NCBI GenBank assembly: GCA_041658225.1
Contig: JBBAAN010000003.1
Coordinates: forward strand, 18,969-82,968
Origin: Actinomycetota bacterium
Lineage (GTDB): Bacteria > Actinomycetota > CALGFH01 > JBBAAN01
Length of the DNA: 64,000 bases
Direction: 5' to 3'
This document shows positions 46,948-57,961 of this stretch, piece after piece; the stretch's first letter is position 1, and every line of letters begins with the position of its first letter. A program made the translations under genes and the position numbers. The notes below the pieces were generated by a model. It saw only the letters and a list, made by a program, of their open reading frames with translations, did not search any database and had not been told where the DNA came from.

Positions 46948-48324
46948 CTATTCTGACCAGCCGGCGCGGCGGGAGACTACGGCAATGAGCCACACGCTGG
47001 CCAGGATCAGGATGGGGTCAACAGCCCCAACCCGGAATCGCACGTAGGGCAGGTGAGCAGCCAACACCACAAGAGGAACGACCGCCGCCGCGAACAGGAA
47101 CTTGCCGCACCGCCTGCCGCGCAAGGCAAGACCGCCGAGCCCACACAGACCCAGCACGACCAACGGGCCCGAAGTGAACCAGAGGACGGTCTTGCTCACG
47201 CCCGGGGTCAACTCCTCCCGGCTCACGCGACTTGGAGCGGGAGAGAGAATGGCAACGGTCTTGAGTACTGCCCGGCGCAGGAATCGTCCCGGAGCCGCTC
47301 GCACGTCCTTCACCATCAGCGACCGAAACCACTCGTCGCGCGCGGCTTCCGGCGCGGAGGCGAAATCGAACCCCTCGGAGGCGGCCCTGGCCTCGATACC
47401 CGGGAAGAACCGCCCATAGGTCGCGTACGTCTCGCTCCCCGGATAGAGGGGGTCGCTGTCGCTGTACACGTGCTTCAGATCCTTCGCGTCGGGCCGGTTC
47501 GCCGCCCATAGGGTGAACCCCTCGCTCGAAGTGACCGGCACGAAGCCCCCCAGCGCATGCGCGTTGCGCAGGGTCCAGGGCGCAAGCACGAGGAACGCCG
47601 CGAGAACCACGCTCCCGGCGATGACCAAGCGACGACCCAGCGGGCGTGCAAGGGCAATGACAACAACGCCCACCACGAAGGCGGCGAGCGCCGCCGGGCG
47701 GGCGAGAATGGCCAGGCCCCAGGCCGCTCCGCACAGCAACCCGGCCGACCACCTGGGGCGGTCCAGCGCAACAAGAGTCGCCCAAACACCGAGGACAAGG
47801 AGGGGGATCGCCAAGTTCTCTGAGAGTGCCTGGCTCGAGAAGTGCACAAAGGGCGGGTAGAGCGCCCCTGCCCACGCCGCCCCCAGCGCGGTCCAGATCG
47901 GTATCCGGAGCCGGCGGGCGGCGCCGAAGAAGAGCAGCGGCAGGGCGCCGCCGAGGAGCGCCTGGACCCCCTGGACACCCCGAATCCCGAGTCCCAGCTC
48001 TCGCAGCCCGGCCAGTAGCAAGACGTAGCCCGGTGGTCGCCAGGCCGTTGGTGTTCCCAGGTAGCTGAAGCCTCGACCGTGAGCGAGGTTGGTGGCGATC
48101 GCCCAGAAGCTGGTCTCATCGTCGGTGAGCCTTGGCCCGATCCCCCAGAAGGCGTAGGCAAGCCGCGCAGCGACGGCCGCGACCACCGCCCCGGCCAGGA
48201 CCACCCGCCAGCTTCTTTCAGTCGAATCGACCAGACGTTTAACGGATGTCCCCAGTCTCCCTGGGTGAGCGCGCCGACCGCCCTGGTCGTGCTCGCCGCG
48301 GCCAAGACCCCAAGCCGGCCTCAA
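46948..48324 (-). CDS. PMT_2/GT39-like (ArnT/protein-O-mannosyltransferase-type, GT-C) polytopic membrane glycosyltransferase
   Basis: About 12 TM helices; periplasmic loop-1 DE-type motif LTDDETSFW. Confidence 0.7.
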   Translation of the reverse strand: MRPAWGLGRGEHDQGGRRAHPGRLGTSVKRLVDSTERSWRVVLAGAVVAAVAARLAYAFWGIGPRLTDDETSFWAIATNLAHGRGFSYLGTPTAWRPPGYVLLLAGLRELGLGIRGVQGVQALLGGALPLLFFGAARRLRIPIWTALGAAWAGALYPPFVHFSSQALSENLAIPLLVLGVWATLVALDRPRWSAGLLCGAAWGLAILARPAALAAFVVGVVVIALARPLGRRLVIAGSVVLAAFLVLAPWTLRNAHALGGFVPVTSSEGFTLWAANRPDAKDLKHVYSDSDPLYPGSETYATYGRFFPGIEARAASEGFDFASAPEAARDEWFRSLMVKDVRAAPGRFLRRAVLKTVAILSPAPSRVSREELTPGVSKTVLWFTSGPLVVLGLCGLGGLALRGRRCGKFLFAAAVVPLVVLAAHLPYVRFRVGAVDPILILASVWLIAVVSRRAGWSE

Positions 48325-48376
48325 GGCTCTTGGCCGGTTGTACTCGACCCCAGACGTGGCAGGCGCCGACCGTGCC

Positions 48377-51343
48377 TCACCGGACGGCCCGTTCCCAGCA
48401 ACTAACTAGCTCCCCAGTGCACGCCGCGAGGGAGAAGCGCTCCTCGACACGGCGGCGCGCCGCGGCTCCCATGCGGTCCAGCCTCTCCTCGACCGTAACA
48501 GCCACCTCTTCAAGCGCGCACGAGAGCGCGGCCGCGTCGGCGGGCGGAACCAGCCAGCCGGTTTGCTCGTCCACCATCTCGGGAATCCCCACCTCCGCTG
48601 TCGCCACCACCGGCAGCCCCATGGCCATGGCTTCTTTCACGACCACCGGCTGGGAGTCTCGGTTGCCATCGGACGCCACCACGCACGGAAGACAAAAGAC
48701 AGAAGCTCCCTCCAGCGCCGCCCGAACCGCCGAAGGCGGCACGGACCCCTCAAGATAGACCGCCTGGCGCAGACCCAATTCCTCGATGAGCCGCTCCAGG
48801 GCCCCCCTTTCGGAGCCCTCACCGAGTATCCGGCACCGGAAGGATACGCCTCTGTCGCGCAGAAGCGCACACGCCCTGATGAGGTAATCGAAGCCCTTCT
48901 TCTCGACGAGCCGCCCCACCGCGACGATCGTGAAAGGATCTCGCCGGTAGGGTTGCATGCGGTAGAAGCGATCGACGTCCACGCCGCACGGGACTACCTC
49001 GATGTGGCCCAGCCCGGGCCAAGTAGTCTCGATGAACCGTCGGTTGTATTCGCAGACGGTCAGAGTCACGTCGGCCGCGCCGAGCTTTCGCTCCATGTCG
49101 AACGGACGCACGAACAGGTCGTAGGCGTGACCCGTGAAGGAGAAGCGTGACCCGAGCGCCGCCGCCGTGAGCATCGCGGTCGAGGCCGACACCAGCGCGA
49201 AGTGGGCGTGGATCCTCTCGGGCCGATCGGGGCCAAGCTCATCCAACAACAGGATGCTCTTTGTGAGGGCACGCATCTGTTGCCGGGAAGGGCGGCGCAG
49301 CGCGAGGGCGACGACGCGCGCCAGACGAGCGGGATGGCGAAAGGCGAGGCGCAGACTGGCCCCAAGGAACCGAACCGGGTGGTGAACGACCGAGACAAGG
49401 CACTGAAACGGAAGATCTGAAGCGTCCGTGTCCAAGTCCTGGTGCGCTCGGATGGCGAAGATGCGAGCAACCACGCCCAGCTTGCGAAGCTGGCGAAGCT
49501 CGCTCTGGATGAACGTCTCCGAACGCTCGGGGAAGCGTTCCAGTACGTACACGACTCCGCCGGCCGCACGGGAGGACGCTCCTTCGCTTGCGCCTACCGG
49601 GACATCGTCAGGGGAATTCTCCCCGCGGTGCAGAGAACCTGGGTCTGCATCCACCATGGGCTCGTCGTCGTCGGGCAAACCCAGCACCCCGTCCGGGGGA
49701 TCCTCCCGGCGCTCCAACAAACCCAGGTCTGCATCCACCATGGGCTCGCCGCCGTCGGGCAAACCCAGCACCCCGTCCGGGAAACGCCCGGCGCGGACAG
49801 GGAAACCCCCGGCGCGGACAGGGAAACCCGAAGCCCCGTCCCGTAGGTCGGGAGCTCCATCAGGCAAGCCCACCCGGGGAGGCTGCCGCGCGGCGGATGC
49901 CACAAGCTCCTTGACAAGCCAGCGCAGCAGTTCGCGATCCACTATCAGAAACATCAGGGCCGACAGCGCCACGAAGAGGACGACGACCCCCGCAAACCAA
50001 ACCACAGTCGTCGGTGGCCCAGTTGCCCAGCGAAGACCCAGGGCCAACAGCGCCGCGGTTCCCGACGCCAGGAACTCCCGCCGAGCATTCAAGAAGAGGT
50101 TGAGGCCGGGAAACAGCCTGCGCATCATCGCCTGGCGAGCGAACACCGCTATTGGGCCCATGGTTGCGATAGCCCAAGCCGCTCCCTTCAGGCCGCCAAG
50201 CACTACGACCGGAAGCAGGATGAGAAAGACCCAGGCAGTACCTATGGCGCTGATGACCAAAGTGGGCCGCGTCTCGGCGCGGGCCCTGAAGAACACGTCC
50301 CACGAATAGCCGACGCTCCCGACCGCGACCGCAAACCCCTGCGCGACAAAGAGCGCAACAGCGGGCTCCCACTTCGACCCGAGTATGAAGCGCACCAAGT
50401 CCGGAGCGAAGATCGCGAGTCCGAAACCTATCGGCCCGGCCCACATCACCGTGATGCGGTTGGTGACGGTGAACGCTCGCCGCTGGCCTTCGAGGTCCTC
50501 CGGCGCCCGGCACAAAGCCGGGAAGATCGTCTGTCCGATCAGCGAGTCCAGACGGAAGGCGCGCTGGGCCAGGGCCTGGGAAAGGGCGAAGTACCCCAGT
50601 GCGGAGATCCCCATGACCGCGGAGATCACGGCGGTTCCGCCCCACGCCGTCGCGATCCCCAGGACGCCCGCGATCCAAAGCGGCCAGCCGTAACGAATGA
50701 AACGCTGGGTGATGGCGCGGTTGAGCCGGATTCGCGGCCGAAGGGGAGCAGCCCAGGCGATGACTCCCCCGGAAGCCACGAGAGCGGCAACCGCACCCGC
50801 GATGGGGCTCCACACACCGGCCCCGGCAAGAGCCAGCGTCACCGTGACCGTGAAGTTAACCGCGGGCCCGATCGACGTGATGATGTTGCGGCGCCTGTAC
50901 TCCAGCTCCCTGAGATACAGCGCGCTCGGCAAGTTCAGGAACGCAGTCGTGTAGATCGTGAGGCCGAGTACGCAAATCATGGGCACGAGAGCCGGGCGAT
51001 GATAGAGGAAGGCAACCAAGGGGGAGAGTCCGGCTATCAGAAGGAAGACCGCCGTGGAGAAGAGCATCTCGAGCGTGAAGGCAACCGAATAGGCCAGCGG
51101 CAGATCGATTTCCCGCTCCTGAACAAGCTTCTCGTGGCTTCCGAACTCCCTGAGAGACTGACCGGCACCCACGGCAACGAACGCCAGTGTCAGCAGGCCC
51201 ATGCGCCCGGGACCCAACAACCGCGACACCAGAAGGGTCTGGACGAGCACCAACGCCTGAAGGGCAAAGTCGAACCCGAGATTGACGATGAGGCCGCGCC
51301 CCGCGGCTCTACGCATGTCGCCAAGCTTCACAGCGGCGCTCAC
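48377..51343 (-). CDS. Fusion protein: N-terminal Wzx/PST-family polysaccharide flippase (about 480 aa, about 12 TM), repeat-containing linker, C-terminal GT4 (group 1) glycosyltransferase
   Basis: A single uninterrupted 988-aa ORF. The C-terminal region carries GT4 hallmarks (...EGSVPPSAV...PVVATAEVGIPEMV...). The linker contains DNA tandem repeats. Confidence 0.7.
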   Translation of the reverse strand: MSAAVKLGDMRRAAGRGLIVNLGFDFALQALVLVQTLLVSRLLGPGRMGLLTLAFVAVGAGQSLREFGSHEKLVQEREIDLPLAYSVAFTLEMLFSTAVFLLIAGLSPLVAFLYHRPALVPMICVLGLTIYTTAFLNLPSALYLRELEYRRRNIITSIGPAVNFTVTVTLALAGAGVWSPIAGAVAALVASGGVIAWAAPLRPRIRLNRAITQRFIRYGWPLWIAGVLGIATAWGGTAVISAVMGISALGYFALSQALAQRAFRLDSLIGQTIFPALCRAPEDLEGQRRAFTVTNRITVMWAGPIGFGLAIFAPDLVRFILGSKWEPAVALFVAQGFAVAVGSVGYSWDVFFRARAETRPTLVISAIGTAWVFLILLPVVVLGGLKGAAWAIATMGPIAVFARQAMMRRLFPGLNLFLNARREFLASGTAALLALGLRWATGPPTTVVWFAGVVVLFVALSALMFLIVDRELLRWLVKELVASAARQPPRVGLPDGAPDLRDGASGFPVRAGGFPVRAGRFPDGVLGLPDGGEPMVDADLGLLERREDPPDGVLGLPDDDEPMVDADPGSLHRGENSPDDVPVGASEGASSRAAGGVVYVLERFPERSETFIQSELRQLRKLGVVARIFAIRAHQDLDTDASDLPFQCLVSVVHHPVRFLGASLRLAFRHPARLARVVALALRRPSRQQMRALTKSILLLDELGPDRPERIHAHFALVSASTAMLTAAALGSRFSFTGHAYDLFVRPFDMERKLGAADVTLTVCEYNRRFIETTWPGLGHIEVVPCGVDVDRFYRMQPYRRDPFTIVAVGRLVEKKGFDYLIRACALLRDRGVSFRCRILGEGSERGALERLIEELGLRQAVYLEGSVPPSAVRAALEGASVFCLPCVVASDGNRDSQPVVVKEAMAMGLPVVATAEVGIPEMVDEQTGWLVPPADAAALSCALEEVAVTVEERLDRMGAAARRRVEERFSLAACTGELVSCWERAVR
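49642..49822. repeat. Tandem repeats inside the flippase-GT4 linker: about 1.7 copies of an 84-bp unit (49642-49781) followed by about 2.5 copies of a 21-bp unit (aaacgcccggcgcggacaggg)
   Basis: Seen in the sequence; they encode the repeated PDGVLGLPDxxEPMVDADxG and FPVRAG peptides. Confidence 0.65.
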
Positions 51344-52296
51344 AGCAACAATGTCCGGTTGCGAATACTGGCCGCAACAAAAACGCCGACCTCGAACGCC
51401 TCGACCAGAGCTTCCTGCAGGAACCGAAGGAGCAGCCTCGGGACCGAGTCACCCCTGGCACGCTTCAAGATCAGATAGCCCAGGAAGGCGCCCGCTGCGA
51501 CCAGAGGGGCCAGCCAGTATCGCAGCAGCCCCGCCGCGACCAAGAGCGCCAGGAGACCAAGCAACCGAGCGTGCGAGGGCCGGAAGAAGTAGCGGTGGTA
51601 CACCAGTGCCCGGCTCCCCGGATGATGGCGCACCACCCGTACGACCTGTCCCCACCGGCGCCGATCCCTCAGGTACGCCCAGTACGAGGATTCCGAGACC
51701 GCGTGGTAGACAAGCGCCTCCGGCTCGTAGCAACTCCTGTAGCCGGCCTCCAAGGTCCGAAGAGCCAGTTCGGTGTCCTCCCCCGCCGCGTACGCGAACT
51801 CCGTGCGAAACCCCCCCACCCGCTCCAACGCCTCTCGCCGGTAGGCGATGTTGCACGTCCGATACAGCCCATCTTCGCGTTCGACCCGCAGCGTGCGCGA
51901 CCACGGCCCCAAGCGGTTGATCTGGTCGAGGCGAGGAAGGGTACGCCCCTGCACGATGTCCGCCCGGCCCTGTTCTATAGGAGACGCTATCGCCTCGAGC
52001 CAGCCCGGGGCCGGCAGACAATCGTCGTCGGTGAAGGCAACCACCGGCGCCCGCGCCGCTTCCCACCCGACCTGACGCGCGTACGCCGGGCCCCGCCGGG
52101 ATACCCGAATGGTCCGCACACCTCGATCCCGCAGCAGTTCAGGAGTCCCGTCCGGCGACTCATCGTCCACGACGATGAGCTCGAAGTCACGCCGCGTCTG
52201 GGACTCCAGCCCGTCCAGCATATCCGCCAGGAGGCCAACCCGGCCGCACGTGGCCACAACGACGCTGACGGCCGGGTCAGTTGGCGAGGTCTGCAT
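51340..52296 (-). CDS. GT2 glycosyltransferase
   Basis: VSVVVATCGRVGLL...ELIVVDDESPDGT...AFTDDDCLPAPGWL. Confidence 0.85.
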   Translation of the reverse strand: MQTSPTDPAVSVVVATCGRVGLLADMLDGLESQTRRDFELIVVDDESPDGTPELLRDRGVRTIRVSRRGPAYARQVGWEAARAPVVAFTDDDCLPAPGWLEAIASPIEQGRADIVQGRTLPRLDQINRLGPWSRTLRVEREDGLYRTCNIAYRREALERVGGFRTEFAYAAGEDTELALRTLEAGYRSCYEPEALVYHAVSESSYWAYLRDRRRWGQVVRVVRHHPGSRALVYHRYFFRPSHARLLGLLALLVAAGLLRYWLAPLVAAGAFLGYLILKRARGDSVPRLLLRFLQEALVEAFEVGVFVAASIRNRTLLL

Positions 52297-53383
52297 AAGT
52301 GGCCTCCAGGTCGGGGCCCACGCGCGACCAATCCCAACACCCCGCCGCAGCCCGGCAGCGGACGGCGGTCTCCGGGTCCTCCGCCATCTCGATCACCTCG
52401 ACCAACTTCCGGGCCAGCGCCTCGCCGTCATCGGGAGGAAAGAGGCGGCCGATGGAAGGATCGTCGATGACCTCAGGGATGGCCCCATGGTCCGCTCCCA
52501 CCACCGGAGTGCCGGCAGCCAGAGACTCGACCATCACCAACCCAAAGGCCTCATCGACTGATGGGAGCACGCTCACGTGCGCGGTGCGGTACAGCTCCGC
52601 AAGTGACCGCGCATCGAGTCCGGTCCGCACTTCGGCTCGGGCGCGGCTGGGGGCGTCAAGGCAATCGAGCATGCGCTCCGCCTCCTCGGCTCGAGGCGCG
52701 GCCAGCGCGAGGCGCGCGTTCGGGACCTCACGCAGCAGCAAGGGGAAGGCCCGCACCAGCACCTCCACGCGCTTGCGGGGATCCTCGGGTGCGGCGGCGC
52801 ACAGCACGAGCGGTTCCCCCGTTCTCGGCTTCGGGCCCTGGTAGAGTTCCGTGCGCACACCGGGAGGGACGACCTGGGACGCGACCCCGAACTCCTCCTT
52901 CAGGGCGCGGGCGGCGAAGCGGCTCAACGAGTGGATGCGCGCGGCGCCCGCCACACCGATCCGGAAAGCGGCCCAGTGAAGTGGACGGCCGGTGAACCTG
53001 GCACGCCTCGGGGCCCCCGGCACCCACATGACGTATGGGACCCGCCTCCCCAGCGTTCCGAGGCGCGCGGCAAACGCGTCCGCGTGGCCGTGGCACTGGA
53101 TCACGTCCGTGTCGAAGTCCCTCACGCCCCGGGCAATACAGGGCACGGTCCGCAGGAGCTCATCGACCCGGAGGGGTCCCCACCCGAAAGGCTTGCCCGG
53201 CAGGCGATAGCGAATGGTGACGCCCGGGACCGCAGCCTCGTCGCGGGCGGAGTCCGGAGCGGTGGTCGCGATCGTGACGACATGGCCCCGCCCCGCCAGC
53301 CACTCGGCCAGCTCGTGCAGGTACCTCTCCGCCCCACGCCATACGTACGGATGCGCATAGGGACTCGTAAGTCCGATCTTCAC
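52277..53383 (-). CDS. GT4 (group 1) glycosyltransferase
   Basis: C-terminal ...VLPSVDEAFGLVMVESLAAGTPVVGADHGAIPEVI... Confidence 0.85.
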   Translation of the reverse strand: MKIGLTSPYAHPYVWRGAERYLHELAEWLAGRGHVVTIATTAPDSARDEAAVPGVTIRYRLPGKPFGWGPLRVDELLRTVPCIARGVRDFDTDVIQCHGHADAFAARLGTLGRRVPYVMWVPGAPRRARFTGRPLHWAAFRIGVAGAARIHSLSRFAARALKEEFGVASQVVPPGVRTELYQGPKPRTGEPLVLCAAAPEDPRKRVEVLVRAFPLLLREVPNARLALAAPRAEEAERMLDCLDAPSRARAEVRTGLDARSLAELYRTAHVSVLPSVDEAFGLVMVESLAAGTPVVGADHGAIPEVIDDPSIGRLFPPDDGEALARKLVEVIEMAEDPETAVRCRAAAGCWDWSRVGPDLEATYADLAN

Positions 53384-53390
53384 GGCGACA

Positions 53391-54101
53391 TCATCGTTGG
53401 CGGACGACCTGGGCGGGGATGCCCGCTACGACGGACCCGGCGGGCACATCGTCCTTGACCACCGCATGAGCGGCGACCACGGCCTCATCCCCAATCGTGA
53501 CCCCCATGAGGACCGACGCTTTGGCGCAGACCCACACGTTTCGCCCGATGCGTATTGGGGCGGTCTGGACATTGTGATGGATGGGGCTGTGGGCCGCGTC
53601 GTGGAAATGCCGGGAGTCAACGATCGTCACGAACTCGGTGAGAAACGAGTGGCGGCCGAGCACAATGCGCTCCGCGCAATGGACGACGTTGTAGTAGCCG
53701 ATGACGTTCTCGCCCTCGAGCTCCAACTCGCCGGAGACCTTGAGAACGCTGCCGCGCCGGATGCTCGCGCCGGGTCCGAGCAGCAGCGTTCCTCCTCGCA
53801 TGAGTATGCGGACTCCGTCTTCGATCCGGCACCCGGGACCCGCAACGATGCGGTTTCTCGAACGGGATTCGACCAGGATCCGGACATCTCGCCCAAGCAC
53901 GAGGTCCGGCGCGGCCGAGAACTCGACCTTTGCGCCCTTCGCCGCCGCCTGTAGACGCAACCCGGCAACCAGGAGCCATCGGCGAAAGGACCTTCCCAGC
54001 CGCAGCAACGAACGCATGGCTGCCAGCCTGTTCATCCCGCCGGCTTGTCCGTCACCGGCCAGGCGGTCGCGGTCCGAAAGCAACGAACGCATAGTCATCA
54101 A
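53391..54101 (-). CDS. Hexapeptide-repeat (left-handed beta-helix) acetyltransferase, sugar O-acetyltransferase-like
   Basis: Repeating [LIV]GxxxxI hexads ...IGRNVWVCAKASVLMGVTIGDEAVVAAHAVV... Confidence 0.8.
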   Translation of the reverse strand: MMTMRSLLSDRDRLAGDGQAGGMNRLAAMRSLLRLGRSFRRWLLVAGLRLQAAAKGAKVEFSAAPDLVLGRDVRILVESRSRNRIVAGPGCRIEDGVRILMRGGTLLLGPGASIRRGSVLKVSGELELEGENVIGYYNVVHCAERIVLGRHSFLTEFVTIVDSRHFHDAAHSPIHHNVQTAPIRIGRNVWVCAKASVLMGVTIGDEAVVAAHAVVKDDVPAGSVVAGIPAQVVRQR

Positions 54102-55293
54102 CCTCGTGACCCGGTACGAGATGAAACCCGATCCCCGATCTGAGCTCGCTTTGCCTTCCCGGTGCTCTCAATCAACGTGGACAACTCCTCAGCCCTGCGC
54201 GTCCACGACTCGGACCGGACCCGCTCCACCCGCTCGAGCCGCACGGCAGGATCCTCGATGAGCCGACCACGTTCGCCCCAGATGCGATCCACCAGGCGAG
54301 CAAACTCCGCCGGACCGTTTGCCGTCATGACGTGGGGGGCCAGCTCCCGCGCGGCCGGAATATCAACCGATACGACCGGCAGGCCCGCGGCCATGTACTC
54401 CAGCAGTTTCAGTGGGCGCGACGGTTCGACGATGCCGCTGCGAAGATACGGAACCACCGCAATGTCAAAGCCCGCAAGCCACGAAGGCACCTGTTCGTAG
54501 GGCACCTCGTCCTCGAAGACGCACCCGGCGCGGCTGAGCCTACACATGTCGCGCCAGGGCAACCGGCGAGGCCCCAGGATTGTCACCGAGCCCCGGCCGG
54601 CCGCCATCGCGCAGACGGCATCCACGTCGAAGCGGCGTTCGGCCTTGCCGACGAATCCAATTCGAGGACGTGCCCGATGCTCCATTGCCGGAGCGGGCGT
54701 CACCTTGCCACGGGCAACCGGCTCGAAGATCCCCACGTCCACCCCGTGGGCAACATGGTGTGCCTCCACGCCGTAGCCACGAAGCCTCTCGGCAATCTCG
54801 GGCGTGCAGCCCACGGCGAAATCGGCCGACCGGAGGATCTTCCGCAGGAACGTCTCGTACTCAGGACGAAACCACGGGTAGTCCCAGAGCGAATCCGTCA
54901 GGTGAAGGAAGTGCACCGACGGATCGATACGAGGAGCCACGAGCGGGGAGTAGTAGACGGGGCAGGTGTTCCACAACACGGGCCGCTTCCATCCCAGTTG
55001 CCTGACGGCACACTCGACCGATTCCGCGTACGAACGCTGGTTCCACCAAGTGGTCAGGTGAAACCTCAAGGAGCCGGCGAAGGGTAGGTGCGGTGGCGGC
55101 TCCAAGCGCAGGATTCCGCCCCCCTCGTCGTGGAGACGCTCGCCCGGCGTGCCGGCCTGCCAGAGGTGTCGTGGAGGGTCCACGAAGAGGACTTCGTTCG
55201 TGCCGGCGAGGATGCGGGCAAGGTGATACCGACTGGTTCGCAGGAAGTCCCAGCGCAGCCAGGAGAGGCACACGATCTGCCGGCCCTCTATCA
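54098..55293 (-). CDS. GT4-type glycosyltransferase (TuaH-like)
   Basis: Probable start MIEGRQIVCLSW at 55293; C-terminal ...KLLEYMAAGLPVVSVDIPAARELA... Confidence 0.7.
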
Positions 55294-55313
55294 TGAGGCG
55301 ACTCCCGCGAGAC

Positions 55314-56679
55314 TCATGGCGGATCGCCGGCACAACAGCCGGACTGAGGGCCCGATCCCACGGACGCGACCGCACCCTCCGCCGGTCCGCCTTCCGCAGG
55401 GGCACGCCGGCACTCACGCAGAGCGATGGTGAAGTACCACCACCACGCGATGGCTCCCATCCACATCGTAAGCGCCACGCCCCACGCCGCACCCCGCGCA
55501 CCACCCGTCACGGCTCCGCTGATGCCGCCGACAGCCATCAAGGAGGCAGTGATGAGTCGGGCCTTCAGGCTTTGCCTCGCGGCGGCAAGGGCACGCAACC
55601 CGAACAGGGCCCCCGCCACAGCGCTTGACGCCACCAGGGCCACACCCATGGGAAGGACTACGGCTCTGGCCGTCACCCATGACTCCCCGAGAGCGAGCCT
55701 TCCGATTCGGTCGGGCAGCAGCAGCACTACGCTCGTCCACATCACGACACCGGCAGCGAGTGTCACGGACAGCAGGACCGTCACGGGCCTCAGCCTGGAG
55801 GGGTGGGCTCGGAAAAGCCCTACCGCCTCTGGAATCGCAGCCAGGGCCACTCCCACGAAGAGCACGTTGAGCGGTCCCATCAAGAGCCCGGCTCCCTTAT
55901 AGGCGCCCGCCGCCGAGAGCCCAGCCGCCGCCGCGACCCCGTAGAGGACGAACTCCAAGGCGAAGTTCATTGCCAGGAACTCCCCCAGATAACGAGGGGC
56001 AAGGTCTCGATGAGCGCTCAGCCATCGACCGGCCAGACACGGTCTCGGAATCGTGCCCGCCTGGAGGGCGCCGAGCGCGGCGGCCACAGCGGCGGACCCG
56101 GCCCACGCGAACACGAACCACGACACGGACGCCGCGCGCACCCGCGGGAGCAGCAACAGCGGAGCCAGCATCATCGCCCCTCGCGAGAGGTCGTTGAGGA
56201 ACGCCAGGTGCCCTTTGCGAATGGAGAAGAACGCGTCCCGCCACAGGTCCTGCAGTAGCAGGGCCGGCAGTAGAAGCCCCAGGGGCAAGAGCGCCTGGCG
56301 GAGCGGGCCGTGCATCGCCCACGCGGCCACCAGCACCCCCAGGCCCAGGATCGACCCGACCACCACGCTCGTGCCCGAGGCGGCACGCGCGGCGGCGCGC
56401 CAGGACTCCATGTCCGACCCGCTGTGTCGCACCAAGAGCGGTTCCGCCGCCAGCGCTCGCGAGGAGCCGAGAGCGAGAGTGCACCCGGAGAACGCCAGGC
56501 TGAAGGCGCCAAATTGCGACGGGGACAGTGTGCGAGCCACGAGGACGGCAAGCGCAAAGCTGGTGAGGCTGGAAAGCGACTGGTCGGCGAGTCCCCAACC
56601 GAAGCGTCCCGCGGTGGCCCACCCCCGCTCCGCGGACGGCCGCTCCGCCTGGCTTTCCGCCGCGGAGGGCACGCGCATC
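55314..56679 (-). CDS. Polysaccharide biosynthesis protein / oligosaccharide flippase (Wzx, PST family), 12-14 TM
   Basis: Continuous hydrophobic helices; probable start MRVPSAAE at 56679. Confidence 0.7.
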
Positions 56680-56908
56680 CGCAAACGACCCGGTCGTTCA
56701 GTGACTACGCTCAACGCCGTTCTCCCTTTGCGGCTGTTCATATGTTCAACGGAGCCGGTGCCGATTCCTCCCGGCTCGGCACTGATCTCAAGTCCCCCGC
56801 CGGGCAAGACTCGCCGTCTCGCGGCAGGAGACCCTGCCACCGGGCGAGCAAGCAGGTAGAGACCGGCGGACCCATTCCTCCCTCACCGCGCCTCACCGCG
56901 CCACCATG

Positions 56909-57730
56909 TCAGTCCCCACCCCGAGGCTCGGCTTCGATGACGATTACGCGCCCGAGCCGGCGCAGCGGTCCGCGACGGACCAGTCTGGAGGCGAGCCGGC
57001 CCTTCCAGCCCCGCGACCAGGCAACCGTGGCCCTGCGGCGTATCACGAGCGAAGGCTCGACCAGGCCTTCGAACTCCCGCCACCCGTATTCCCTCAAGTG
57101 GCTCGACGCGGCGAAGTATGCCGACGTGGGCCGCCGCCGGCCGCGCACCCAATCCCGGGCTCGCCAGCACAGAACCTGCAGGTTGTGCCGGTTGGGAGTG
57201 GCGACCACGACATGACCCCCGGCGGCTACCACTCTTGCGAGTTCCCGCACGCCCACTCGATCGTCGGGCAGGTGCTCGACGGTGTCGTCACACACGGCCG
57301 CGTCGAAAGCACCGGAACGAAACGGAAGTGCCTCCAGATCGCCGACGACGCCGCGAAGGGAAACCCCAGCGCGACCTGCGAACGCCCGGGCCAGCCGGAC
57401 GCTGCCGAGTGAGATGTCGAGTGCCACCATGGTGCACCCGGCCACCCGACCGAGTGCCAGGGACACGGCCGGGTTCGGGCCACAGCCTGCGTCCAGGATC
57501 AGCCCCCTCGCCTCGCTCAGCAGGTCGACCACGACCGGAAGGGTCTCCGGGAAAGAGAGCAGAGGCGGCGCCTCCGAGTCGCCCAGCGAGGACTCCAGCG
57601 ATCCGCCCAGTTCCACATACAGGGCCTTTATCGCGGCAGAGTCCCCAGTCGGCAGCACGCGGTCGACGTGAGCGCGGTGCTGGGTCAGGATGTCCTCCAC
57701 GCCCAACCGAGCGTCATCCCGGTCGGCTCC
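56909..57730 (-). CDS. Class I SAM-dependent methyltransferase
   Basis: Motif I ILDAGCGPN; ...VVCDDTVEHLPD...; probable start MGSEHP at 57730. The longer track ORF overlaps the plus-strand MTase remnant. Confidence 0.75.
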   Translation of the reverse strand, partial: GADRDDARLGVEDILTQHRAHVDRVLPTGDSAAIKALYVELGGSLESSLGDSEAPPLLSFPETLPVVVDLLSEARGLILDAGCGPNPAVSLALGRVAGCTMVALDISLGSVRLARAFAGRAGVSLRGVVGDLEALPFRSGAFDAAVCDDTVEHLPDDRVGVRELARVVAAGGHVVVATPNRHNLQVLCWRARDWVRGRRRPTSAYFAASSHLREYGWREFEGLVEPSLVIRRRATVAWSRGWKGRLASRLVRRGPLRRLGRVIVIEAEPRGGD

Positions 57731-57961
57731 TGACGGGTGCTCGCTCCCCATCCTGCCCCTTCCACGGGTACTCACGCGGATCCAGTGGGCCGCCAGCGGC
57801 GCCCTTGGTCCGCCCATGTTCCAGGTTCCAGGCGGATCCTCGAGAGACAAGATCCGGGTCGGCAGCCATTGTAGGGCGCGTAGACTACTCCCCTGTAGTG
57901 CCGGCGAACCGGACGACCGGTGTGAGGCAGGAGGGCTGCCACGCCTCCCAGTGAGGATCCC

